Part shown: positions 18,466 through 26,456 of the stretch, in pieces | Numbering within the stretch: position 1 is the first letter of the stretch | Layout of the letters: every line of letters starts with the position of its first letter | Source of the DNA: Minisyncoccota bacterium | GTDB lineage: Bacteria > Patescibacteriota > Minisyncoccia > Phycocordibacterales > UBA918 | Reading direction: 5' to 3' | Assembly (NCBI GenBank): GCA_041389045.1 | Contig: JAWKSQ010000002.1 | Location: 151,898-215,897 of the forward strand | Length of the DNA stretch: 64,000 bases | Notes under the pieces: generated by a model | Seen by the model: the letters and a program-made list of their open reading frames with translations, nothing else | Databases searched by the model: none | What the model was told of the DNA's origin: nothing | Program-made: the position numbers and the translations under genes

Positions 18466-19698
18466 TTACTTCACTACCCCAGCCACCGCTTTCACTAAGC
18501 CTGGTGTCATCACCGGCGGAATCACCATTTCAGCCGTCGGCTTTTTTACTAGACTAGCAATTTTCTTCGCCGCCGCCAGCTTCATATCATCAGTAATATC
18601 TCTTACCCCTTTATCGAGCGCCCCGCGGAAGAGTCCGGGAAAGGCTAGTGAGTTATTTACTTGATTAGCAAAGTCTGACCGTCCAGTTGCAATCACGTAC
18701 GCTCCGGCCATCTTGGCGTCTTCCGGCATAATCTCTGGTATTGGGTTGGCGAGCGCAAACACAATCGCATCTTTCGCCATCGCTTCAACGTGCGCCTTAG
18801 CGATCGTTCCTGGTCCCGATACTCCAATCACAACATCAGCCCCAGTCACAGCCGACAAAACATCACCTTGAATTTTTTCCAAGTTAGTTACTTCAGCCAG
18901 TTGTCGTTTATAACCTTCCAGACCAGTTCGGCCTTTGTAAATAACTCCCTTACTATCCGTGACAATGACATTCTTTACTCCCGCCTTAAGTAACAGTAGA
19001 GTCACCGCTCGTCCCGCTGCCCCAGCTCCGACCACCACCACCTTCAGATCTTCAAATTTTTTCTTCACCACCTTACTAGCATTTATCAGTCCAGCCAAAA
19101 CCACAATCGCTGTACCATGTTGGTCATCATGCATCACGGGGATTGGCAGCTCAGCCTTCAATCGTTCCTCGATTTCAAAACACTGTGGGGCCGCGATATC
19201 TTCAAGATTAATTGCCCCAAAAGTCGGCGCAATTGCTTTCACGGCCGAAATAATTTCTTCCACACTATGCACATCAAGCACAATCGGGATACCATCAATA
19301 TCCGCCATCTCCTTAAGAATCGCACACTTACCCTCCATGACTGGCATAGCGGCAATGGGACCAATATTTCCAAGACCCAGTACTGCCGAACCATCACTAA
19401 TCACCGCCACCGTATTTCGCTTCATAGTGTAAAGACGAGCGTCTTCCGAGTGTTTAGCCAAATGACTAGAGACTGCTCCTACTCCTGGTGTATACATCGT
19501 ACTCCACTCATCTCTGGTTTCGAGCTTCCCTTTAGAAACCATTTCGAGCTTTCCCTTTAATTTTTTATGAAGCACCATCGCCATCTTGGCGTAGTCCTTT
19601 TTTGGTACGGCTTTTATAGTGACTTTTTTTACCTCTGGTTTTGAAACTTTCTTCACGACTTTACTTACAACTTTTTTGACGGTTTTTTTCTGTGGCAT
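18466..19698 (-). CDS. NAD(P)-dependent malic enzyme with a Lys-rich N-terminal extension
   Basis: YTPGVG, the GAGAAG Rossmann motif and the malic-enzyme N- and NAD-domains. The first roughly 35 aa are KKxV repeats. Confidence 0.9.
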   Translation of the reverse strand: MPQKKTVKKVVSKVVKKVSKPEVKKVTIKAVPKKDYAKMAMVLHKKLKGKLEMVSKGKLETRDEWSTMYTPGVGAVSSHLAKHSEDARLYTMKRNTVAVISDGSAVLGLGNIGPIAAMPVMEGKCAILKEMADIDGIPIVLDVHSVEEIISAVKAIAPTFGAINLEDIAAPQCFEIEERLKAELPIPVMHDDQHGTAIVVLAGLINASKVVKKKFEDLKVVVVGAGAAGRAVTLLLLKAGVKNVIVTDSKGVIYKGRTGLEGYKRQLAEVTNLEKIQGDVLSAVTGADVVIGVSGPGTIAKAHVEAMAKDAIVFALANPIPEIMPEDAKMAGAYVIATGRSDFANQVNNSLAFPGLFRGALDKGVRDITDDMKLAAAKKIASLVKKPTAEMVIPPVMTPGLVKAVAGVVK

Positions 19699-19760
19699 GT
19701 TTTATAAAAATAATTTCTTAGTGCTACTAGCATACGCCACTCTAGAAATTTTAAAAGGCC

Positions 19761-19782
19761 GTCGGGGAATAAATTCCCCGAC
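19761..19782 (-). terminator. terminator of the GC-rich two-gene unit
   Basis: gtcggggaa-taaa-ttccccgac forms the stem. On the minus strand it is followed by a T-run. Confidence 0.55.
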
Positions 19783-19795
19783 AGCCCTTGAAGGA

Positions 19796-20224
19796 TCAGT
19801 ACCTTGGCTTGTGCTTCGATGTCTTCGACACACCAAAATGGCTTTGCCGCTTGAAGGTCAAGAGATTGACCCAAAAAATCATCGCTCTTGCGGATAATTT
19901 GTTGGGAGGCACCCCTGTTTTCAAAGCAGAAAGCGAAACAAAGAATGGCTTTAAGCCATCACATGTTAGTCCACTAACCTGTGATGACATCAAGACGAAT
20001 TGCAAATCTCCAAACAAACCGCAACGTTGAACCTCGACCATTATCTGACCTTGTCCAACATTGAAGATGTATCGATCTCCGGCTACCACATGCTCCAAAG
20101 GCGGTAGTCGATTACTGCAACAAGGTTGCAGATGATGAAAATCTGGCTCAGAAGTAGAAATTTCCCGAGCAGCCTTATCGCAATGTTGATGCATTGCAAC
20201 CAATTCATCGTGTGAAAAACTCAT
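19796..20224 (-). CDS. hypothetical protein (142 aa), Cys/His-rich N-terminus
   Basis: An AGGAG SD lies 5 nt before the ATG at 20224. I recognise no family. It is the second gene of the GC-rich unit. Confidence 0.5.
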   Translation of the reverse strand: MSFSHDELVAMHQHCDKAAREISTSEPDFHHLQPCCSNRLPPLEHVVAGDRYIFNVGQGQIMVEVQRCGLFGDLQFVLMSSQVSGLTCDGLKPFFVSLSALKTGVPPNKLSARAMIFWVNLLTFKRQSHFGVSKTSKHKPRY

Positions 20225-20382
20225 CTCCTAATTCCCCTTATTTTAGATTGACGAACCAACTGACCAATCTAGTTATACAACATAATATTTGAATCTGTCA
20301 AATATTAAAAGCCCGGGTCTTAGCGTAAACGCCAGTGTTCCCGGACCTATTGTTCGACCAATAAGGTCGAATGTGCGTTGGC

Positions 20383-21399
20383 TTACTGCTTCCGCATCAC
20401 TTCCGTGACCGGCTCAATCTTGCCGGACGTAAGCTTGAACACAGCGAAGCGTCCTTCATCGCCCGCCTTGGGACACATTGCCAGCGTGCCACCGTTAAGG
20501 CCTTGATCACGAAGGGTACGGATACCGTCCATGCTACCAGCCATAACCACAGGTTGCACCTTTCCAGCAACCTTGATCAACTTCACGGAGAGATCATCGT
20601 TGCCCTTGTTGATCTTGTTGACGAGTGTCAGGTTCTCCTTGAAGACCCGACTGGGATGCGCCTGTTTCGGATTGCCACCCCCTTTCTTGACGACAATAAA
20701 GCATTCCTGAACCTCGCCCACTTCGCCGGTTTCGTCGTCGTAGGACGAGACCGAAACACAGTAGGTGCCATCCATGAGACACATCCATTCATCCCCGACA
20801 ACTGGCACGCCGTTTCGGGACTCACCATTCTTGGTGAAGACGTACTGCCTCGACCGTTTGAGGATCTTGGCTTGCCTGGCTTCGCGAGCAACACGAGCAG
20901 ACAGCTTTTTCGCCTTGCTGGTGTCAGAGGTATTCGACTTGGCCTTGGCCGGAGTAGTCACCAACTTCTGCTCCTCCCTGATCTGACTGACCCTCTGACA
21001 TTGAAGGTCAGACCAAATCGGTTGCAGACCATGTTCTTTGGCCAATTCCAACTTGAGCTGAATGATGTCGTCGAGCTCACGGCCGCCAAGGAACACACCC
21101 CCAATCTTAACCATCTTGGGAAGATCACGTACCGGGATCACATCGTACAACTCATGCCAGCAGCAGAGGCCGATGACGTACTCACCCTTATGCTCGAAGA
21201 GCTGGGCGAGCCCACGGAACCCCTTGTGGTCACGGGTGTAGCTCCAGAGCAGTTTACCGTCCTGATGAACGGAGGCCGGCAAATGCGGGTCATGATCCGG
21301 TCGCTGAAGCGACCGGATCATGTGAAGGACAAAACCCTCCCAGTCGCAAATCTCCACGTCAAATCCACGCTCCACTTTCTGTTCGATCAAATTCAGCAT
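20383..21399 (-). CDS. hypothetical two-domain protein (338 aa) with a Lys/Ala/Ser-rich linker
   Basis: An AGGAG SD precedes the ATG at 21399. A near-consensus promoter lies upstream. G/C-ending codons predominate in this frame. The mirror + ORF has neither an SD nor a promoter. Confidence 0.65.
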   Translation of the reverse strand: MLNLIEQKVERGFDVEICDWEGFVLHMIRSLQRPDHDPHLPASVHQDGKLLWSYTRDHKGFRGLAQLFEHKGEYVIGLCCWHELYDVIPVRDLPKMVKIGGVFLGGRELDDIIQLKLELAKEHGLQPIWSDLQCQRVSQIREEQKLVTTPAKAKSNTSDTSKAKKLSARVAREARQAKILKRSRQYVFTKNGESRNGVPVVGDEWMCLMDGTYCVSVSSYDDETGEVGEVQECFIVVKKGGGNPKQAHPSRVFKENLTLVNKINKGNDDLSVKLIKVAGKVQPVVMAGSMDGIRTLRDQGLNGGTLAMCPKAGDEGRFAVFKLTSGKIEPVTEVMRKQ

Positions 21400-21472
21400 T
21401 TGTTTCTCCTACTTAATTCCCCACAGAATTAAGGTACATTGTAAAGAAGGGTGTATGGGCACCACTTTTACT

Positions 21473-21501
21473 ATTATAGCATAATTTGGTGTAAAAGTCA
21501 A
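21473..21501 (-). promoter_or_regulatory. near-consensus sigma70-type promoter for the 338-aa gene
   Basis: The minus strand reads TTGACT (21496-21501), a 17-nt spacer, then TGcTATAAT (-10 at 21473-21478). Confidence 0.55.
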
Positions 21502-21557
21502 TGTATTTTACGCTTATTTATGGGCTTATTTTTCTCATTATTTGCTATGATTAGCTT

Positions 21558-23888
21558 ATGTCCCCTTCTGACTTACTAACTATTCACTTCCGCTTAGATG
21601 AACCTCATAAAAAGGCGCTAAAACGACTTAGTATCTTTACCGTTGAGGATTTACTACTCCACTTACCACAACGCTACGAGGACATTTCATCCATCCAATC
21701 AGTTGGTTCACTAACGAAAGACCAAGACGCAGTGGTGTTTGGTAAGCTAGGTGGTCTCAATACCCGCAAGAGCTGGAAGAGTCGCGTCCCTATTTCTGAA
21801 GGTTGGGTGGAAGACGGTACCGCCCGTATTAAAATCATGTGGTTCAACCAACCATACATAGCCAAAATGCTGACTGACGGCATGTACGTTAAAGTCGCTG
21901 GTAAAGTTACTGGTAGCGAGGACAAGCTTTACCTGGCGAACCCTGAAGTCGAAAAAGCTCGACAGCCTGCCGATTGACCGCCACGATTCCATCTTTAAAA
22001 ACACCGAACAATTAGATGAAACGATTTACCCCGTCTATCGAGAAACCAAGGGTGTCACCTCTAAGTGGTTCTTTCATAATGTGCAAAAATGCTTCTCGGC
22101 CGGGATTTTGGATAAACTTAAAGACCCAATACCGGAGGAAATTCTAAATCGCTACAACCTACCGACTCTAAAGACCGCCTTGCAGTGGATTCATACCCCG
22201 AAGAAAGCTGAGCACGCCGAAAGTGCGCGTAAGCGTTTTGCCTTTGAAGAAGTTTTTTATATCCAGACCACCAAAGCTAAAGAGCGAGCGCAAGTGAGTG
22301 TCGCTACTAGTTATCAATTCAATACCGATAAAGAACACATCAAGGCTTTCACGGAAAGGTTTCCTTTTGCCATGACCGGAGCGCAAACTAAGGCTCTCAC
22401 TGACATTCTCAAAGACTTCGGTGGTAAGCATCCGATGTCACGCTTACTTGAAGGTGACGTTGGTAGTGGTAAGACAGCAGTAGCGGCGTCCGCCGCCTAC
22501 GCGGTTGCTACTTCTCGTCCGCCAGAGGGGACTAAAGGGTCTACAAAAGACTTATTACAAAAAATAAATCCGCCAGTTTTGTGGACAGTTCGAGGCGCGG
22601 CCAAAATGACGGAGGAAATGTAGAAGACTACTTTGACGACGACACTTTTGAGTCGCAACAAAGAAATGTCCCAAAACTGGCGGATTTAGAGTTCGGAAAC
22701 TTGCAGGTAGCCTACATGGCCCCCACCGAAATTCTCGCCAAGCAACACTTCGAATCCTTCATCGAATATTTCAAACACCTCCCCATTCAAATTGGCCTGA
22801 TTACTGGTAGTGGTTGCATGAAATTCCCTTCTAAGACCAATCCCGAGAAACCGACTCCGATCTCACGCACTCAGCTACTAAAGTGGGTAAAGAATGGTGA
22901 GATACCAATTCTGATTGGTACCCACGCCCTCATCTATAAATCGGTTGAGTTTAAACATTTGGCTTTGGTGATTATTGATGAACAACATCGCTTCGGAACC
23001 GGACAAAGACGAGCCATCGCTAAGAAAGACACCAGAATGCCACACCTACTTTCGATGACTGCCACTCCTATCCCTCGCACCTTAGCCCTTACTGTCTATG
23101 GTGACTTGGACATTTCCCTGCTAGATGAGATGCCTAAAGGTCGCAAGCCTATCATTACTAAAGTAGTCGCCCCAAGTGGTATAGAAAAAGTCTACGACCA
23201 TTTGACAGAAGAACTAAAAGCTGGTCGCCAGGCTTTTGTCATCTGTCCACGGATCGATGAACCAGATCCGAGTAAAGAAAACGCTCTCCAACTAAAGTCA
23301 GTCAAGCAAGAAGCCGAGCGACTCAAGGCTAAAGTTTTTCAGTCAGCGCGCATTGATATTTTGCATAGCAAAATGAAGCCTGCCGAAAAAGAGCAAGTGA
23401 TGAAAAGATTTCTGGATCACGAGATAGATATTTTAGTTGCTACCTCGGTGGTAGAGGTTGGAGTCAATGTTCCCAACGCCACTAACATCATTATCGAAGG
23501 CGCGGAGAGATTTGGTCTGGCCCAACTACACCAACTACGGGGTCGGGTCATCCGTGGCACTCATCAAGCCTACTGCTTTGCCGTCACTTCCAAAGACACC
23601 ACCGGCAAAAGTGGTAAGACTTTAGAGAGACTCAAGGCCCTCACTACCGCCAAGAACGGTTTCGAACTAGCTGAATACGACCTAACTATCCGTGGCAGTG
23701 GCGAACTTTATGGTATGAAGCAGTGGGGTCTAACTGACCTCGGTATGGAAGCGATTAAGAATATCAAAATGGTCGAAGCTGCGCGCAAAGAAGCGAAAGA
23801 ATTAATCGCGCAAGACTTTGAATTAAAGCAATATCCGCTCATCGCGGGTAAAATAGCTCTCTTGAGCAAAGAACTTCATATGGAGTAA
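21558..23888 (+). pseudogene. recG: ATP-dependent DNA helicase RecG in three frames, with an extra segment after Walker A
   Basis: ORFs 21558-21977 (wedge domain), 22081-22623 (GDVGSGKT) and 22581-23888 (MAPTEILAKQH, IIDEQHRFG, helicase C) make up one gene. The first shift is at the A5 run 21952-21956. The second is inside the inserted segment at 22510-22690. Confidence 0.85.
22566..22687. repeat. 122-bp segment inside recG bounded by 15-bp perfect inverted repeats
   Basis: aaatccgccagtttt (22566-22580) and aaaactggcggattt (22673-22687). The recG stop and frame change lie between them. Confidence 0.7.
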
Positions 23889-23928
23889 TACGCAAATTAT
23901 AGCGGTTTCTTTACACACCCTATCTTAC

Positions 23929-23956
23929 TTGACGTATGTGTCTCTGGTGCTAATAT
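23929..23956 (+). promoter_or_regulatory. sigma70-like promoter
   Basis: TTGACG (23929-23934), a 16-nt spacer, then TGcTAATAT (-10 at 23951-23956). Confidence 0.5.
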
Positions 23957-23962
23957 CATACA

Positions 23963-24150
23963 TGACTGGTGCCGGTGGTCTGCCAAAGCCACATCACAAC
24001 CGTTGCCCAATGGACAGCGCTCCACCTGGCCCAGTCAAACTTTCACAAAGTGTGAAAAGTTCTTTACCGCTACAGTTTAATTACAGTAGCCCCTCGCGCC
24101 GGTGACGCGTCACCATTTTTGAAAGCCTCGACATTTGTCTGGGCTTTTTT
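23963..24150 (+). ncRNA. candidate small RNA of unknown class (about 190 nt)
   Basis: Runs from the promoter above to two tandem terminators (ggtgacgcgtcacc+T5 at 24101-24120 and agcctcgac..gtctgggct+T6 at 24124-24150). It has internal hairpins and no ORF. Confidence 0.3.
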
Positions 24151-24269
24151 GCATTAATTTTCCAACTCTAGTTGCATTAAAATTAACTTTAGGTACGATA
24201 AAAAAGTGACGTCCCGGCTTAAAAGACTTTTGACCGGATTGCTCTTTTCACCACATTGGAGATGGACAA

Positions 24270-24731
24270 ATGTTTGATCAATCAAAACTAACCCCTGGCC
24301 TCGAAGAGTGCTTGATGTTGGCCTACATTGAGGCAAAGCTTGAGCGAAGGAAGGAATTATCGACTGAGCAAGTTTTACTCATGCTACTTGAAAACACACA
24401 AGTAGTAACGATATTGAACAAATTCAACATCAACATCAGGACCTTGCGAGCTGGTCTGACAAACCACATCAATGCAAACGAACCCATACTGGATGGTGAC
24501 AATGAAGTCAATCCTGAGGCTTCCACTAGTATGACGAGGATCTGTCGACACACTCTTACGTTAAGGTTTTTCAAAAGTGCAGAGAAAGAACCAATTTCTG
24601 AGTCAGACTTTATCTTGTCACTCGTAACAGACGACACGACAGTCGCGTCACAATTACTTGCAACTCAAGGAATGGACCTAGACAAGCTACTTTATGAACT
24701 AGTTTTAGGATCAGACAACAAACGTTTCTAA
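24270..24731 (+). CDS. stand-alone Clp N-terminal (Clp_R) repeat-domain protein
   Basis: LEECLMLAYIEAKLERRKELSTEQVLLMLLEN and a second repeat ...ESDFILSLVTDDTTVASQLL resemble the ClpA/B/C N-domain. GGAGA SD. Confidence 0.6.
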   Translation: MFDQSKLTPGLEECLMLAYIEAKLERRKELSTEQVLLMLLENTQVVTILNKFNINIRTLRAGLTNHINANEPILDGDNEVNPEASTSMTRICRHTLTLRFFKSAEKEPISESDFILSLVTDDTTVASQLLATQGMDLDKLLYELVLGSDNKRF

Positions 24732-24807
24732 ATATGGCTCCCAGCCCCGATTTGGCTCCGCCAAATCGGGGCTAAATCATGCCAAATTTGACCACATCCA
24801 AAAACGC

Positions 24808-24836
24808 TTGACAATAGTTAGGTACTGTGCTATTGT
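24808..24836 (+). promoter_or_regulatory. near-consensus promoter
   Basis: TTGACA (24808-24813), a 17-nt spacer, then TGcTATTGT (-10 at 24831-24836). Confidence 0.55.
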
Positions 24837-24844
24837 AATTATCT

Positions 24845-25304
24845 TGCACTGCTGAAGCATCCGTTTCAGATCACAGATTGGCAAGTGTGTCCCAACTAGG
24901 AGTTGCCCAAATGACAGATCCCCCCAAGCACGGATTCAAGGAGTTCAAATTTTCGTTTTCGGCCATGCGCATTTCCGTTTCCTCGCTGGGCGCCGGCGGC
25001 CACTGACCGGTGCTGGTGGCTGGTCTAGGCTCTCGCGGGCTCGAGTTCAAGTTTTTGCCCGCGCCGCCCTGCCGGACCAGCCGTTCTTTGCCACACTATG
25101 TGTGGCGTAACCGAGCCGGGTTGGCACCGCCGCCAACCCGCTCAGAATCAAGGAGAACGTCCATGACTTGGCGAAGTTAAAAGTTCATCTTGCGGAGAGT
25201 ACGACACGGCGCAGTCGTACGAGGTTAGCCCCGAAAAGCCCCACTGCAGCTAACCAAACTGACCATCACAAACCTTCGGGTAAGTGATGGTCTTTTTCTT
25301 TTTG
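24845..25304 (+). ncRNA. candidate approx. 460-nt highly structured GC-rich RNA of unknown class
   Basis: Bounded by the promoter above and a strong terminator (gaccatcac..ttcg..gtgatggtc plus T-run, 25261-25304). It has many GC helices, for example gagccgggttggc/gccaacccgctc, gtacgac/gtcgtac and ccacac/gtgtgg. The only ORFs are tiny SD-led ones (24911-25006 of 31 codons, 25163-25180 of 5 codons). Confidence 0.35.
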
Positions 25305-25447
25305 TAAATTTAAGTTTCGATAGAGTTTTTATATTTAATTTTTGAGTTTAGTGTAGACAGAGTGTCAATGGCTGGAAAACGCCTCAGCGTTTTCCAGTCA
25401 TTTGTTTTCAATCCTGGAGTACGTTATAGTTTCCTAGCTATTGATAC

Positions 25448-25523
25448 CCGTCCGTAGCTCAGTTGGTAGAGCCGTCGTCTTATACACGACTGGTCCCAGG
25501 TTCGAATCCTGGCGGACGGACCA
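25448..25523 (+). tRNA. tRNA-Ile (UAU), CCA encoded
   Basis: Cloverleaf: CCGTCCG/CGGACGG acceptor, GCTC..GAGC D-arm, anticodon stem GTCGT/ACGAC with loop CTTATAC, T-arm CCAGG-TTCGAAT-CCTGG, then A-CCA. Confidence 0.9.
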
Positions 25524-25573
25524 TTGTGATAATAGTAAACTATTTTTACTACGATAAGGCAAAAGACTTCAAA

Positions 25574-26227
25574 TTAAATATCTTTAGCTAACACTTTAAG
25601 TGTGGTCAAAACCTTATCAGTAAAATCCCTGTCTCCGACTATGACGTTACAGGTACCATGACCAAAACCTTTCCTGGACAACACTTTTTGTTTAGTTTTT
25701 TTGATTTGTGGCTTATTAAATTGATTTATTGGTATGCCTAACTGACTGTGCCAAAAATTTATTTCTTTTTTTATATCCATATCATGGTACAAATGCAAAC
25801 GAATTTTCACCTTATCAGCTTTTACCCCTAATAGAACTAACCACTTCAGATAGAATCGAATCATCGCCACATCAGTATTTACCAGTGTTGTGGTATAAGG
25901 ATTTGTCTTACCACCTTCACCCCAATACAGAAAGAGACCACCAATGAAGACATCTCTTTTACTTAAAGTACCGAGTTCTTTTTTTATCTTAACCTCAAGT
26001 CTGGCTAAACGCTCCGTTCTTTTTGCTAACATTGTGCTCCTAAATTTTTCGATCCTCCGTGGTGAGTTCGCTCTTAAATCATTTATTTGTTCGATTGTTA
26101 ATGGCATATCTCTCAACCATAAACTAAGTGTGCTTTTACTAACACCCAGCTTAGACCTTATAGTACTGTAAGGTAACCCTTTAGCTCTTAATTTTAAGGC
26201 TTTGATCTTTAATTTATGTAAAGACAT
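25574..26227 (-). CDS. HTH protein with a possible LAGLIDADG-like endonuclease core
   Basis: The N-terminal KGLPYSTIRSKLGVSKSTLSLWLRD is an HTH. The central FIGGLFLYWGEGGK resembles a LAGLIDADG-type motif. It is free-standing beside a tRNA gene. Confidence 0.35.
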   Translation of the reverse strand: MSLHKLKIKALKLRAKGLPYSTIRSKLGVSKSTLSLWLRDMPLTIEQINDLRANSPRRIEKFRSTMLAKRTERLARLEVKIKKELGTLSKRDVFIGGLFLYWGEGGKTNPYTTTLVNTDVAMIRFYLKWLVLLGVKADKVKIRLHLYHDMDIKKEINFWHSQLGIPINQFNKPQIKKTKQKVLSRKGFGHGTCNVIVGDRDFTDKVLTTLKVLAKDI

Positions 26228-26280
26228 GGTTCACTTATTATATCGTATTCCTTGGTTCGCACTACAAGAGTATTAGAAAA

Positions 26281-26456
26281 TTAAGAAGCGGAGCGACTAT
26301 AATTCACTTATGCGGAGTATACAAAAACAAGGAGTGTAGCAACATGTTTTTAATGCGATAGTTTCCGAATATATAGTCGCTTCGCTTCTTAAAAACTAGG
26401 TCCACCACAAGAGTATTTCCGTTTTTATAGTCGCTTCGCTTCTTAAAAACTAGGTC
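26281..26456. repeat. inverted plus tandem repeat set upstream of the efflux operon
   Basis: ttaagaagcggagcgactata (26281-26301) is the inverted partner, with 1 mismatch, of tatagtcgcttcgcttcttaaaaactaggtc. That 31-nt sequence occurs twice (26372-26402 and 26426-26456). An SD-led 5-codon ORF (26344-26361, MFLMR) lies between them. Confidence 0.8.

Noticed and set aside
18790-19560. Three plus-strand ORFs (67-157 aa) inside the malic enzyme gene
   Set aside because: They are antisense to a well-supported conserved gene, and their translations are low-complexity (Ser/Thr/Ile-rich). I treat them as shadow ORFs.
20371-21432. 353-aa plus-strand ORF covering the same DNA as the 338-aa minus-strand ORF
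   Set aside because: This is a mirror ORF typical of GC-rich DNA. It has no SD or promoter. The minus frame has AGGAG-ATG, a near-consensus promoter and mostly G/C-ending codons.
24845-25304. RNase P RNA, SRP RNA or cobalamin riboswitch identity for the structured RNA
   Set aside because: I could not find the universally conserved RNase P blocks (GGAAAGTCC, ACAGAA..CCGGCTTA), the SRP helix-8 GGAAGCAGCC-type motif or the cobalamin GGTGAAA/B12-box context. An isolated GCCACTG is too weak.
26372-26456. Possible CRISPR array
   Set aside because: There are only two 31-nt repeats with one 23-nt spacer. An inverted third copy lies nearby, and there are no cas genes or further units. A regulatory or repeat element explains it better.
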